Shown here piece after piece: positions 1-10,795 of a stretch of 64,000 nucleotides of DNA. The notes below the pieces were generated by a model. The model did no database searches, was not told where the DNA came from, and worked only from the letters and a program-made list of their open reading frames with translations. The stretch spans positions 1 to 64,000 of the forward strand of contig ADNK01001701.1 in NCBI GenBank assembly GCA_000320545.1, read 5' to 3'. A program made the position numbers and the translations under genes. Position 1 is the first letter of the stretch; each line of letters opens with the position of its first letter. The DNA is from Bigelowiella natans CCMP2755 (taxonomy: Eukaryota > Protista > Cercozoa).

Positions 1-190
1 TAGTAGTAGGTAGTAGTAGGGGAGTGGGGGGGGGGGAAGGAGGAAGCACAATACTGGATGAAGCATGACAATTCATACGTAACAGCTAATAGGTAATGGC
101 ATCATATGTTTTCGACTATTATTATCACTATCACATACACATACATATAATTGTATTGATCTATCTTATATCTCTCTCTCGTTTGCCTCA

Positions 191-960
191 CAGCTGGGGC
201 CACATCGTTGGAAATGTGGGGAGAGCTCTTCAACGCAACACTGGATGTGCGCTCGGCCGGAGGAGCTATAAACGCTTGGCCACGACCTCCAAGTCGAGGT
301 CCCGGACCCTTCTATGATATGGAGTGGATGGGTAAGGGTGATATTGTGCGTAGGATTGGCTGAGAGAGAAGGACACGAAGCTGCTGATTCAGCTACTACA
401 CGCAATATCGTGTCCTTCCTTGCAGTATTTGCAGGCATCCACTGTTTTTGGTGGAAAGCAGCATAATGTCACGAGAAAACCTTCTAATGATGGAGATATG
501 TGGGTATGAGCGTGTAGGAAATAGCAGCGTTATGCAAGTTGACGTACACTTGCGAGTTTGAGTCGAGAAAAGCCAGCTGGCCCGGTAGTTGTGTCCAGCC
601 TAGGAGCGAAAGAAGGAGCCGTCATCCGCGCTGTAAAGGCTGATCCGAATGCCGGAACAATGGCAGCAGCAAGAACGACTAGAGTCGCGGCACTGACCAA
701 TGGATAAAGATAGAAATCAGTGTGCTAACGCTCTGTGTGTTGAATGTATGATGCTGAATGTATACGAGTGCGTGGTTAGATAAAAGCAGGTAAAGACAAG
801 CAATGGGATGCACTTCAAATTTCGACCAAAGATAATATTGTGTTCTTAGGCCGTGGGTTTCAGCGTGTGCCTACTGCCGCTACCTTGGTGTGGTCGAGGT
901 AGGCATGGGAGGGGGGACGGGGAAGAAACTTCGACAGAAAGCTTCACGAGTCCGACAATG
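191..960 (-). CDS. 5' exons of a spliced gene running off the left edge; possible signal peptide plus transit peptide (bipartite leader)
   Basis: Minus-strand exon ~549-693 reads AATLVVLAAAIVPAFGSAFTARMTAPSFAPRLDTTTGPAGFSRLKLAS (hydrophobic core, then S/T/R/A-rich) between cag and gtac sites. Exon ~191-311 reads KGPGPRLGGRGQAFIAPPAERTSSVALKSSPHISNDVAPA and ends at gtgag. Start codon uncertain. Confidence 0.35.
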
Positions 961-1269
961 GCAGGAGGTAGTCGTACTCTAGAAAGGCCATTCATTAGCG
1001 ATTTAGGCGCTTCAAAATCGGGGAAAACGGGACCCGGCAGCTTTTCCAAAAGAGACGTCTTCTCCTTTTCTCTTCGGCAGATTTTGTATTTTCCGTAACG
1101 CAATGCGACCATTTTATGCGACAACAAAGTGTGCATGTCGTCACACAGAATCCGTCAAGGTGGGGTACTCCCCAACGAGGAGAATCAGCACGAAAGGGCG
1201 AATAAATTTGGTGGAAGACACAAAGTCGAAGAATCAGTGCAAAGCGGTATTCAAAAACAAAACGCGACA

Positions 1270-1830
1270 ACTATCAATTGTTGACGTAGAAGGTCATTGT
1301 CGGTCTGCATGTTCGTTCAACCAGATCTCTTGGTTTGCAAAACCGTCTGTGATCGTGTTGAATGTCAAACTTCCGCTTGCTCTTCGTTTTTTGATGCCCC
1401 TGATGCCATCAAAACCAGAGTGGAGCCCCCTCGGCTGTCCCTGACGTTGATCTCCGTGTGGACGCAGCTGTCAAGAAGTTCTTGCTCAGAATGGATGCTT
1501 TGCGTCGTCGTCACTCAGCTGTCAGTTGTGATGCGTTCAATTTTTAGTTTGTGCCAATTTGCACGAACTCCGCCAGTTTGCTGGTCAGTCCTCACTTGAG
1601 CCAGTTCGAGGCACTGCACTTCGCACACTGCAAGTATCTTGTCACTCTTTGGAAGTGCAGTTTTTCGATCATTGTTCTCATGTTCTCATTGTTCTCCTTT
1701 GGTGCACGTTTTCACCAGTTGGTCATCACTGAAGCTGGTTCGAGGCACTGCACTTCGCACACTGCAAGTGTCTTGCAACAATTTGGAAGTGCAGTCCATC
1801 ATCACGGTCATTGTTCATTGTTCAATTTTT
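1270..1830 (+). mobile_element. Degenerate 3' end of a non-LTR (LINE) retrotransposon, copy A, with two tandem 3'-terminal units
   Basis: Translates as SACSSFFDAPDAIKTRV..GAPSAVPDVDLRVDAAVKKFLLRMDALRRRH, homologous to the copies at ~41815 and ~49500. The ~75-nt unit AGCTAGTTCGAGGCACTG..TTCGCACACTGCAAGT.TCTTG..AC.TTTGGAA occurs at ~1599 and ~1733. Confidence 0.7.
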
Positions 1831-2112
1831 CAATGTGCCAACCTAGCAATGACGCTTCAACGCACAATTCGTTCACACTTTCACTCTTTGCTTGAGCGTC
1901 GTTGAGTGGACTCTGGCTAGCTGGTGTGCTCAATGATGATGCGATTTCACTTCAGCCCTGCGCAAACATCCGTTTTTTGCTTTCCTTCTTTTTTTCTTTC
2001 TTTCTCATTTTCTTCCCTGGAATGATGGACATGCAATGCATTGCATGTGTCATGCACGTGCCACATTGCTGTGTCCATTGCAAGTGGTCCATCATTGGAG
2101 CACTTCTCCTGA

Positions 2113-2382
2113 TCAAGCCTTGCCGATGCGTGTGGTGGGAGTAGAACGTCGTGGGCAACCTGCCGGCTGTGGATCTTCAGTCCATTCTGGCGTTGTTGAG
2201 GTTAAACAGATGCTTGGAGGTTGAGGGTCATCGTCAAAAACAAGCAAGTGATGGAGGTCAGTCGCCGGTGTCACGTCCGCCCATGAAACGTGATCGAGTC
2301 GCAGTTCTCGAAACCCACGTTCAATCGGTGCAGTGACGTGGTGGTGCGATGGGGGGCTGCGGTCGAGGGTTCGCAGGGGCAA
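2113..2382 (-). pseudogene. Relic coding fragment inside a TpA-depleted island (unknown, probably mobile-element derived)
   Basis: Protein-like 89-aa frame with no Tyr and 6 His (SHHHV, LDHVSW, DLHHLL), as expected if TAY codons became CAY. Confidence 0.3.
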
Positions 2383-2645
2383 TGTTTGACTGAAGAGGCA
2401 TGAGTGTGACGTTGTTTTCTAGCAGGCTAGCAGCTGTGCAGCATTGCAGGATTGCAGGTACGTCTAGACATCTGAGCACAGCTAGACAGCACAAATCATT
2501 GTTTGGGTGTCATGTGCATGGCTTCTTGCGCACTCGAAGCCAACATTGTCATTGTGTGCAAATTGTGTTGCACACACATGGTGTGTGCCATGTTCACAGT
2601 GCATTTTGTTCACAATTTTTGTCAACGGCAATTTGAGGACACAGG

Positions 2646-4187
2646 TCACCACCACAGTTGATGGTTGCTTTTTTTTTTAGATTTTCGAGACTTTCTTTCA
2701 CACTGCCAGGAATAATTGAAACGACACGCTCTGTGTTCTCGTTGAGACGGATTGACCTTACGATTCATTGGAAGATATTTCACTACCTTTGGAGAAGAAT
2801 AGAATTTGTCAGATTGTCCATCATGAGGACAGTTTTTGTGACGTGTGGAGCTGTGTTTGTGACATCTGGAGCCAGATGGAGAAGTCAGGCTTCCATTCAC
2901 ATCTTCTAGGGCTGGTAATTCTGATTTTACAGCTTTGTTTATGGGCTTTCCCGCAATAGATGGAGCGCTAACATTTGAATGGCTCATTTTAGGTGAACTT
3001 GAAATTTTAGTTCCTCGAGAACAATGCCTCTGAAACTTTGGACTATTTTTATATGTAGCTTTGCTCGTACTTTCCCATCCTGCAGCGGAGGCTCCTGATG
3101 ATGTGGCGTGGCAACTTTCGGTTGTCCTTGCCAATGTACTACGAGGGCTAGAACTGCTGAAACGGCTCCCATTATACGAAGAGGAAGCGAGGGTTGGGGT
3201 TTTAGCATCGTAGTCGCTATGGCGGTAACCAAAACTTGAAGAGCCTTCATAAGGATCTCTACATGTATAACCATGGTAGTGGTGAGTTCCGTGGTCAGGG
3301 TATCCATGTACAACCCCGTAGAATCCGTAATTACTATGATTATTATAATCATAATCAAAGCTCATTCCATACGTACCATATCGTCTCTGGTGCATGCGCC
3401 TATTTTTCTGGGCAAGCTTATGGGCTCTCAACCTTTCTTTTTCTTCTTGTTCTTTCTGATCTATTGCCCTCCGCTTGGATTTAGACACCACTACTTCCAA
3501 GTGAGAACCATCGACACACTTGATGTTCTTCTTTGGATATCTGGAGAATCTCTCTGTATCGATCTTGGTATCCTTGAGCCACTCCTGCCTACTTGGATTT
3601 TTGAACCTTACCTTCAAATTTGCTCTGCGGCTTTTAGTCTTGCGTTTGATGATTGAAGTGGTTGTATCTGATTCTGTATGGATTTCTTCTGCGTCCTCAA
3701 ACTCCTTCGAACGTACTGTGATAGCGTTAATGGCTCGCAGAGTCTTCAGTGCTGCAGTGTAACGGGTGATAAAATCCTTTTCGAAAAAATTTGTAGACCT
3801 TGTGTTTCTTATGGATGTTGCGATGTTGACATAGGTAGGATGGAGTGATTTGAAGAGACGGCTGCACACACTGATCAGGTAGCCTTTGCTCCTCGATTCA
3901 CGCAGCATCTCCTTCTCTAAGTCCTCGTCATTAAAGTTACAGTACTTCAGGACCTTTGCCTCTCCTGCCCTGATGTCTCCAAGAATGCCCGAGTTGACAG
4001 TGTGCTCTGTGGGTTGGATACCCTTCTCGGTCGAAAAGGCTACGTTGAGCTTGTGGAATTGGGCTGATTCCTCCTCAGTGCATAGGTTGTACATAGCTTT
4101 CTCCAACGGCAATAGCTTTTCAATTTCATCAAGTTGTCTGAAAGAAACTCGATATTGCTCCTCATAGGTCGACTGGCAGATGTCCAT
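2646..4187 (-). CDS. Intronless hypothetical protein (~513 aa): helical N-terminal half, K/R-rich middle, Y/H/G- and S-rich disordered C-terminus
   Basis: Uninterrupted 571-codon ORF. First in-frame ATG (MDICQSTY) is at 4187. No introns or microsatellites. Confidence 0.75.
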   Translation of the reverse strand: MDICQSTYEEQYRVSFRQLDEIEKLLPLEKAMYNLCTEEESAQFHKLNVAFSTEKGIQPTEHTVNSGILGDIRAGEAKVLKYCNFNDEDLEKEMLRESRSKGYLISVCSRLFKSLHPTYVNIATSIRNTRSTNFFEKDFITRYTAALKTLRAINAITVRSKEFEDAEEIHTESDTTTSIIKRKTKSRRANLKVRFKNPSRQEWLKDTKIDTERFSRYPKKNIKCVDGSHLEVVVSKSKRRAIDQKEQEEKERLRAHKLAQKNRRMHQRRYGTYGMSFDYDYNNHSNYGFYGVVHGYPDHGTHHYHGYTCRDPYEGSSSFGYRHSDYDAKTPTLASSSYNGSRFSSSSPRSTLARTTESCHATSSGASAAGWESTSKATYKNSPKFQRHCSRGTKISSSPKMSHSNVSAPSIAGKPINKAVKSELPALEDVNGSLTSPSGSRCHKHSSTRHKNCPHDGQSDKFYSSPKVVKYLPMNRKVNPSQREHRACRFNYSWQCERKSRKSKKKSNHQLWW

Positions 4188-4571
4188 TTGTAATGGACTT
4201 GATCGGTTGGGTTCACGGGTTATTATCTCTTCTGTTGATGCTTGACACCCAGACGGCTCGGCTTCATGAAGAAGAGAGAAGAATCCAGCGGAGCGAATTT
4301 TTATTTTTAATATTTTCTCAAATTTCAGGAATTGCCCCTTTTGGAAAATTGTGAGAGACAAGCGAATTCTTCTTGTCGCACGTCCAATTACGTCGTCGAC
4401 ATGAAGGAAAGGGCAGATTTTTTGAGAAAAACTAAAAAATCTAAAAAAATCGGTTTTAGCATATTCTCAGAGCATTCCATCTCTTTCTCTACCAAGCCGA
4501 GCCGACGCGCCATTAAACAAGTGAGCGTCAAAGTGAGCGTCAAAGTGAGCAGGAACCACCACAAAACCCAA
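4188..4571. promoter_or_regulatory. Putative bidirectional promoter between the two intronless genes, containing a 12-bp tandem repeat
   Basis: 384-bp spacer between divergent ATGs, with A/T tracts and (CAAAGTGAGCGT)x~2.7 at ~4518-4550. Confidence 0.5.
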
Positions 4572-6353
4572 ATGGCAGCAACAGACGATATCTCCGACCT
4601 TCTCAAGTGTCTCGACGTGGTCGACAAAATCTCCGGTCCCATGGCCGCAGAGGCCTCCAAGACCGCTTCGAAGGAAGATCTTGCTTTTTTAGACAGGATC
4701 ACGAAGGCCACCGGGAAAGCTCCAGAAACCATAGTACAGAGCACGCTAACAAAGACGGCCAAACTGACCAAGGTCATGCCATCATTCAAATTCGGCGAGG
4801 AATCAAGAACAAAACTATCCAAGATAACCACGGACTTTAAAAAAGTCCTGGACATTCGCTTGAAGAACACCGAGATTCGACGCATGTTCAAAAACCTGGA
4901 TGCCGAGGAGAAACTTGACTTGTGCTTCATTTGTGACATCACTGGCTCCATGTGCTCCTACATCAAGGCAGTCCGAAAATACATTGAGGATGTCATTGCA
5001 AAGGTTAAGAAGCTTTATCCTAAGGTCATTGTCCGCTTGGCATTCGTCGGCTACAAAGACCTCAAAGACGACGATCAGTTCCATGTTCTCCACTTCACCG
5101 ATGATATTCTCAAGTTCAAGAATTTCTTGGAAAGATGTGCGAACAAATGTGGTGGAGGGGGTGACGAATGTGAAGATCTTGAGGGAGCTGTTAACTGCGC
5201 CAAAAGCCTCAACTGGTCAAGCCGAGCCCGTCAGATCATTCATCTGGCTGATGCCCCGACACATGGAAGAAAGTATCATAAGGGCTGCGGTGATAATTAC
5301 CTAGATGGCAATCCGAACGGGCTTGATTTCCCGACCCTAATCGAGGAAATTCGAGACCAGAAAGGAGTGGAAAACTACTGTTTCTGTAAGCTGAACTCTA
5401 GTACGGACTTCATGATCCAGGTTCTTAACAAGGAGATTCAAAAACCCGCAGGGGCTCCAGACTCTTATGAGTACATGCAAGAAATGAAGATTGGGACCGA
5501 GAAAGAAGTAGCTGGGGCTATGTTCAGCATTGCATCATCCATAGCTTCATCAACCTTCACGGCAACCTCAACCATAGGACTCCACTCGAAGAAGAAAACA
5601 AAAGCGAAGATCGAGCTCGAGCACAAGTACCCAGATTGGGAGGAGTATGCTTTCCATAAGGTTGTTAAGTGCAGCCTCCCCCCAGTGCAGTCACTCGGAG
5701 CCGTGAGGAAAGATGATGCTACTCCAAAGCTTATTCAATCTCAACTGCGTATAAAGGTTGCTAAGAAGCCGTTTGCGCAAGGATCTCTTCGGCTAGCCTA
5801 CTATGGTGTGACTAGGTCAGGACAAAAAGTGGTGCTCAAGGAACTTACAGACAAGAAGATGAGCGATAACATCGCCACCAATGCCCTCAAAATCCAGGAA
5901 CTTGCTATATTTTTTGCCGACCAGTACAATAAGAAGCATTCCTCATCATCATCTGCTCACATTCGGTTCTTGCCCTGCTCATTCGTCAAGTTCATGGACG
6001 GAAAAATCATGTGGATTGAACCCGAGATTCCGGAAGGAGCGACATTTGACAAATACTGCGACAACAATGGTCACTGGAACTGGAAAAACTACAGTGGAAC
6101 TATGGCCAGTTTTTTAAAGTACACGCACCATTTGTCAGATGGCTGGCTGATGGTCTCAGACCTTCAAGGAGTTCGGCTATCAAAGAAGGAGTTTGTGTTG
6201 ACCGATCCAGCAATACTTTGTTTGGACACCTCACGTTTCCAGCCTACAAATTCTGGCAAAGAGGGCATGAAAAGACTCCTTAACGAGGTCAAAAGAGCTC
6301 CCGACATCCACTCAATAATTTCGCGTTCGACTGAAACAGGGACCGCTGCGTAA
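4572..6353 (+). CDS. von Willebrand factor A domain + alpha-kinase (VwkA/MHCK/eEF2K-like) protein, intronless, ~593 aa
   Basis: vWA MIDAS motif LDLCFICDITGSM, then GGGDECED, LNW and IIHLADAPTHG. Alpha-kinase motifs KKPFAQGSLRLAY, VVLKE, IEPEI..FDKYCDNNG, LMVSDLQGV, LTDPAI, TNSGKEG. Likely start MAATDD at 4572. Confidence 0.92.
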   Translation: MAATDDISDLLKCLDVVDKISGPMAAEASKTASKEDLAFLDRITKATGKAPETIVQSTLTKTAKLTKVMPSFKFGEESRTKLSKITTDFKKVLDIRLKNTEIRRMFKNLDAEEKLDLCFICDITGSMCSYIKAVRKYIEDVIAKVKKLYPKVIVRLAFVGYKDLKDDDQFHVLHFTDDILKFKNFLERCANKCGGGGDECEDLEGAVNCAKSLNWSSRARQIIHLADAPTHGRKYHKGCGDNYLDGNPNGLDFPTLIEEIRDQKGVENYCFCKLNSSTDFMIQVLNKEIQKPAGAPDSYEYMQEMKIGTEKEVAGAMFSIASSIASSTFTATSTIGLHSKKKTKAKIELEHKYPDWEEYAFHKVVKCSLPPVQSLGAVRKDDATPKLIQSQLRIKVAKKPFAQGSLRLAYYGVTRSGQKVVLKELTDKKMSDNIATNALKIQELAIFFADQYNKKHSSSSSAHIRFLPCSFVKFMDGKIMWIEPEIPEGATFDKYCDNNGHWNWKNYSGTMASFLKYTHHLSDGWLMVSDLQGVRLSKKEFVLTDPAILCLDTSRFQPTNSGKEGMKRLLNEVKRAPDIHSIISRSTETGTAA

Positions 6354-7260
6354 TCTCCACACATACCTTTACTTCAGCTTTTTGAGACGAATCTATATGA
6401 ATTTAACAGCTTTTATTGTCATGCTTTCATTCTCATTGTACATATCAATTGCATTTTCAAGAAAACCAGATAAAAATTCGAATCCACATCGCACCTGTCA
6501 TGCCCAAGCGGCGCACAAGCACACAGATTGCTTTGTCAAAAGGCTGCGCTTGAATGATGCATCATCATTGTCAGTCTTCATGCGGCATGTCGTCGTTCAC
6601 AGAGCGCTTATTACACGCATGCAAGCGTTTACGTGACTGAGCGCAATATAGAGCAAAACTATTTCCCTTTGAGTATAAACTAAGCGTCTCGCATGTCGCA
6701 CTTTTTCATGTTGCCATGCACATCACTAGACTAGTCAAATCCATTTCTACCTGATCTAATGGTACGTGTGCCAGCAGCAGCTTCGCTGTTGTTCGACCAT
6801 ATGCATCACTGCGTAATGTCATCTGACACATTGCGATGGACATAGATGTTGTGCTTCAATGCAGTCTTTTAGTGCACGTCTAGAAGTGCACTTCATGATA
6901 GACACGGTAATTTTATGTATACACACACACACACACACACATGTCTAGATGTAGCGCATAGCATGGTGGTCGTCATAGTACAAATTTTGCAAACTTGTCA
7001 TTGTGGATGCAATGACTTGAAAGCGAGGCAGCATGCACAGCAACAAGCACATTCTCATCTTGATGGCGATCATGGTACATGTTAATGCGAAAGACCTTGA
7101 TACTATTTGCAGCATATCGCTTGGTGCTGTTGCATCGTTGGATGCGCCGCTTCTGACAGCCTTGTTTTCTAACTGCCGCTCCTACCTTTGAACTCCAAAT
7201 TCTGCTCGAAGGTGTATCTTGCGTGGTGATTCCTTGCATCTGAGGCTGATCTTGGCCCGC

Positions 7261-7604
7261 TCAAGACATTTTCTTCTGCTGTATGCAATGATATGTTGGC
7301 GCTGATGGTTTTATTGAATCCGAAGGCAGCAGGAGATATGCAACATTACCACCTGCCAACGATGATCCATCTATTATCGTCGTCGGAGTCGTTGTCTTAC
7401 ATCGATCGGTCCTAATTCCAGCCTCGACGCATTTTGCCGCTTTCAACACCTTACGGTTCATACAACCACCAAAATACATACTCCTTGTGATCATCACACC
7501 ATCCTCCTCCTCCTCCTCCTCCTCATCATCATCATCATTATCCTTCATCACCTGTAAATCTTCCCACACAGGAGCCATGAGCTGTATGCCGACAGGCATC
7601 CCTT

Positions 7605-7647
<43 letters not shown>

Positions 7648-8141
7648 GCAGTCAACAACCCTAAAGTACCATCCATGTGCCCACGATCGATCCCATACCA
7701 TATCAAGATAAGAACAATAGCACTATGAATGCTACGATAATACCGATGATCCATTCTCGTTTTCTTCTTCTTCCTCCTCTCTTATATCAGTTATTTCTTC
7801 TACTCTCCTCCCCCCTCTCCTCCTTACCGTTGTGATCGAAGCCGCAAGGTACAGATATCACTGGGCAGTTGAGCAGCGAGAGGCAATACCTAATAACAAA
7901 AACAAAAAAGCATCTTTGATCACACTAAATGAATGGTTGATAGCAGCCTGCAGTGAGGACGCAAGAGCTTTCCGTGTTATTGACGGAATGTGGATAATTT
8001 CTGACTGTGGATCAGTTCTCTCTCCCCTCCCTTCCCGCTCACTCTCTCCTTCAAATCGTCGCATTACGTTTGGGCAAACCACTCGACGTAGTTGCGGAGC
8101 TCAATACCTCTATTTGATTTATCGGAAGAATGAGAGAGAGG

Positions 8142-8177
<36 letters not shown>

Positions 8178-8700
8178 AGCTTGGATAATATTAGAGATAA
8201 GTAAATCAGAAACACATACATGCATATGTACACTTCCCACTTGTCACTTCCCCTCTCCCCTCCCCCTCCCCCCCCCCTCAGCGCAGCTTGGTACCCCTCA
8301 AAACACCATAAATAGATACTGGGCGATCACTACGATCAGAGGGGAAAATCGTCATATGTGCATGCATCTTCCTTGACAGCAGCAGCGGCAACTGCATACC
8401 CTGCTGCATGAGCTGGGTATCTCAAATTCACATCGAATGGAGGTATCATAACACACGGCGTGGCCAAGATATCGAAGTCTCTAAAGAGGTCATTAGCGCG
8501 TTTTCTCATCTCGCAAAGCCTGTAGCAACGAAACATTGATGATTATGAGCAAGTGTACTCGTGGCATTCGTCAGGCCTCTTCCTGCATGATTCGAGGGCA
8601 AGATCTCCTCAAGGAGAAGAACCTACTACTTGTGATAGTGCTGTGCGTAGTGCTAAGTCTTTTCGTGGGATACTCATGCACGCTTTTATCATGTGAATTG

Positions 8701-8738
<38 letters not shown>

Positions 8739-9596
8739 ACTTATCTATATACTTTATCGTTTGCATGAATGAACTTACGCATCGTGTGCCTCGAGCAAGA
8801 GTTCCGGGTGGCTATCAACAAAATCCCCTTGCCAATGGGAAAAAGAGCACGACAACAACCATGAAACCAACACTCACTCAGAGGAAAGATACAAACACAA
8901 AGTGTCCTTGAGAAACAAAATCCACCACCACCAACAACAAACGATAACATACGAATGTGTACTTTAATACATTCACGCATACCCATCATGCTCAACAACC
9001 TAGCTCGATATTCCATTGGATCTCAGGTTTGCAGCTATCCTTTATACTACCTGCAGAAACAACATAGAAAACTATCACCTGTGGGTTTTGAAGAAGGGGC
9101 TGTAGCGGCAGAGAAATGAGGAGCCAACGAGCACGAATGAAGTTATTTATCAAATGTGATTAGTGGCATTTGCTCTTACCGTATGCAGCAGCAAAAGATG
9201 TCCCTCTATGGTATCGAAGTTGAACCCAGGCGTGAAAGTGGATGGGGGGGGGGGGAGGGGGGAGGAGGGAATTAGCAGCAATTACAAAAGGGCATGCAGA
9301 AGGAAAGGCTGAATGAAGTTATAGACACACATGAAGATGATAAACACATGATAAACACGCAAAGTTGAAAAAACGTCTCGATTCGAATTCATATCTGACC
9401 CCCGCAACAAGACAATCAACCTTCCTCCTCCTCATCATCATCATCACCACTTTCGCTACCACTATTTCGCTACATAAGTTCCATGATATCATTGTCATTC
9501 TTCATTCATATAGTCATCGTTCTTTAGCACTCACTACCTCAACGCCAAGAAGACAGCAGTAGTGTCCACAAAAGGTGACATATCAATATCCTCCTG

Positions 9597-9639
<43 letters not shown>

Positions 9640-10383
9640 GCACACACCAGAGAGGAAGGAAGGTGAGAGGCAAACCCATCAAGATGACAATTGCCTTGAT
9701 CATTGCTTTCTCCATCCTAACCGGCACCAACTCTCAATATGATGCTGCTTAACCACAAGAAGACGTACATAATCCCTATCCTTTCAAAATCCTTAAACTA
9801 CCATTTCCGTCGCAATATGAATAACTGTTTGCTAGTGATAACACACCGTTGTCGAGTAGATATCGGCTTGCCCCCCCCCCTCTTCTAAGTGATGGGAAGA
9901 ACTGTTGGCTATCGTGACTTTTGCTCCTAGCAGAATATGTTCAAGTTGAGAAAGAGATATTCAACCCTTCATCAAGAGCTACAACGTGAATGACGAGAGT
10001 CTTTCATCATCCTCTGAGCAGTAATTTTAGACAACTCCTTCTTTCTTTGAACCGGTTTGAATGATACGAGGAGAATCAAACACATATGCGACGTTCCAAT
10101 TCTATCCGCCTACCGTTATCTTGTAGACTTTGCAGAGCTTTTGCGTATTCACGTCTGGTTTTCTCCTTGAAACTACGCAAACAATACAACAATAAAAGTA
10201 CCAGAAATAAGAGCGAGGGCAGAGTAACGACGCTCTGTAGCATCTCGAAATATGCTTGTTGGAACGCTCTTTTTCTCTTTTTTTCTTTTTCCAACAGCAA
10301 ATTTCTTCCGTGTCAGTGAAATGGCGGTCTACTACGTTCTCATGCCCGAAGACACTCCCGGAAAATAATCTGAATATGATACC

Positions 10384-10417
<34 letters not shown>

Positions 10418-10753
10418 GTAACGACCACAACACCAATTTTAGCCTAGAAACACGATAATCCGTAGCAAGCAAGGATGACGGAAACACGTCAATTGTGATC
10501 GTAATTGCATCTCAACCCACGTCAATATCATCGTCGCCGTACCTCTATCATCATCATCACAGTCGTCATCATTATCATCATTATCATCATTATCATCATC
10601 CTCATCATCATCATCATCATTATCATCATCATGTTTCAATGCCACCTTTGTCCATATCAGGGATGATGTGCTCGAAATACACGACTCGAAGTTCTATTGC
10701 ATCAAAACAGCAGGATTAAGCGGAATGGCAGCGTATCACAACACACGCGCGCG

Positions 10754-10795
<42 letters not shown>

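Noticed and set aside
1599-1830. Repeated ~75-nt units as a CRISPR array or structured ncRNA
   Set aside because: Eukaryotic context, degenerate units, no regular spacers and no cas genes. They follow a LINE-like ORF end.
1441-2640. Classical CpG methylation decay or fungal RIP as the explanation of the islands
   Set aside because: Both predict CpG or CpA loss with TpA/TpG gain. Here CpG and CpA are abundant and TpA is missing.
4332-4571. Overlapping N-terminal extensions of the two long ORFs (starts at 4332 and 4361)
   Set aside because: These are non-ATG starts in AT-rich promoter-like sequence. ATGs at 4187 and 4572 are more plausible (an upstream ATG at 4401 cannot be excluded).
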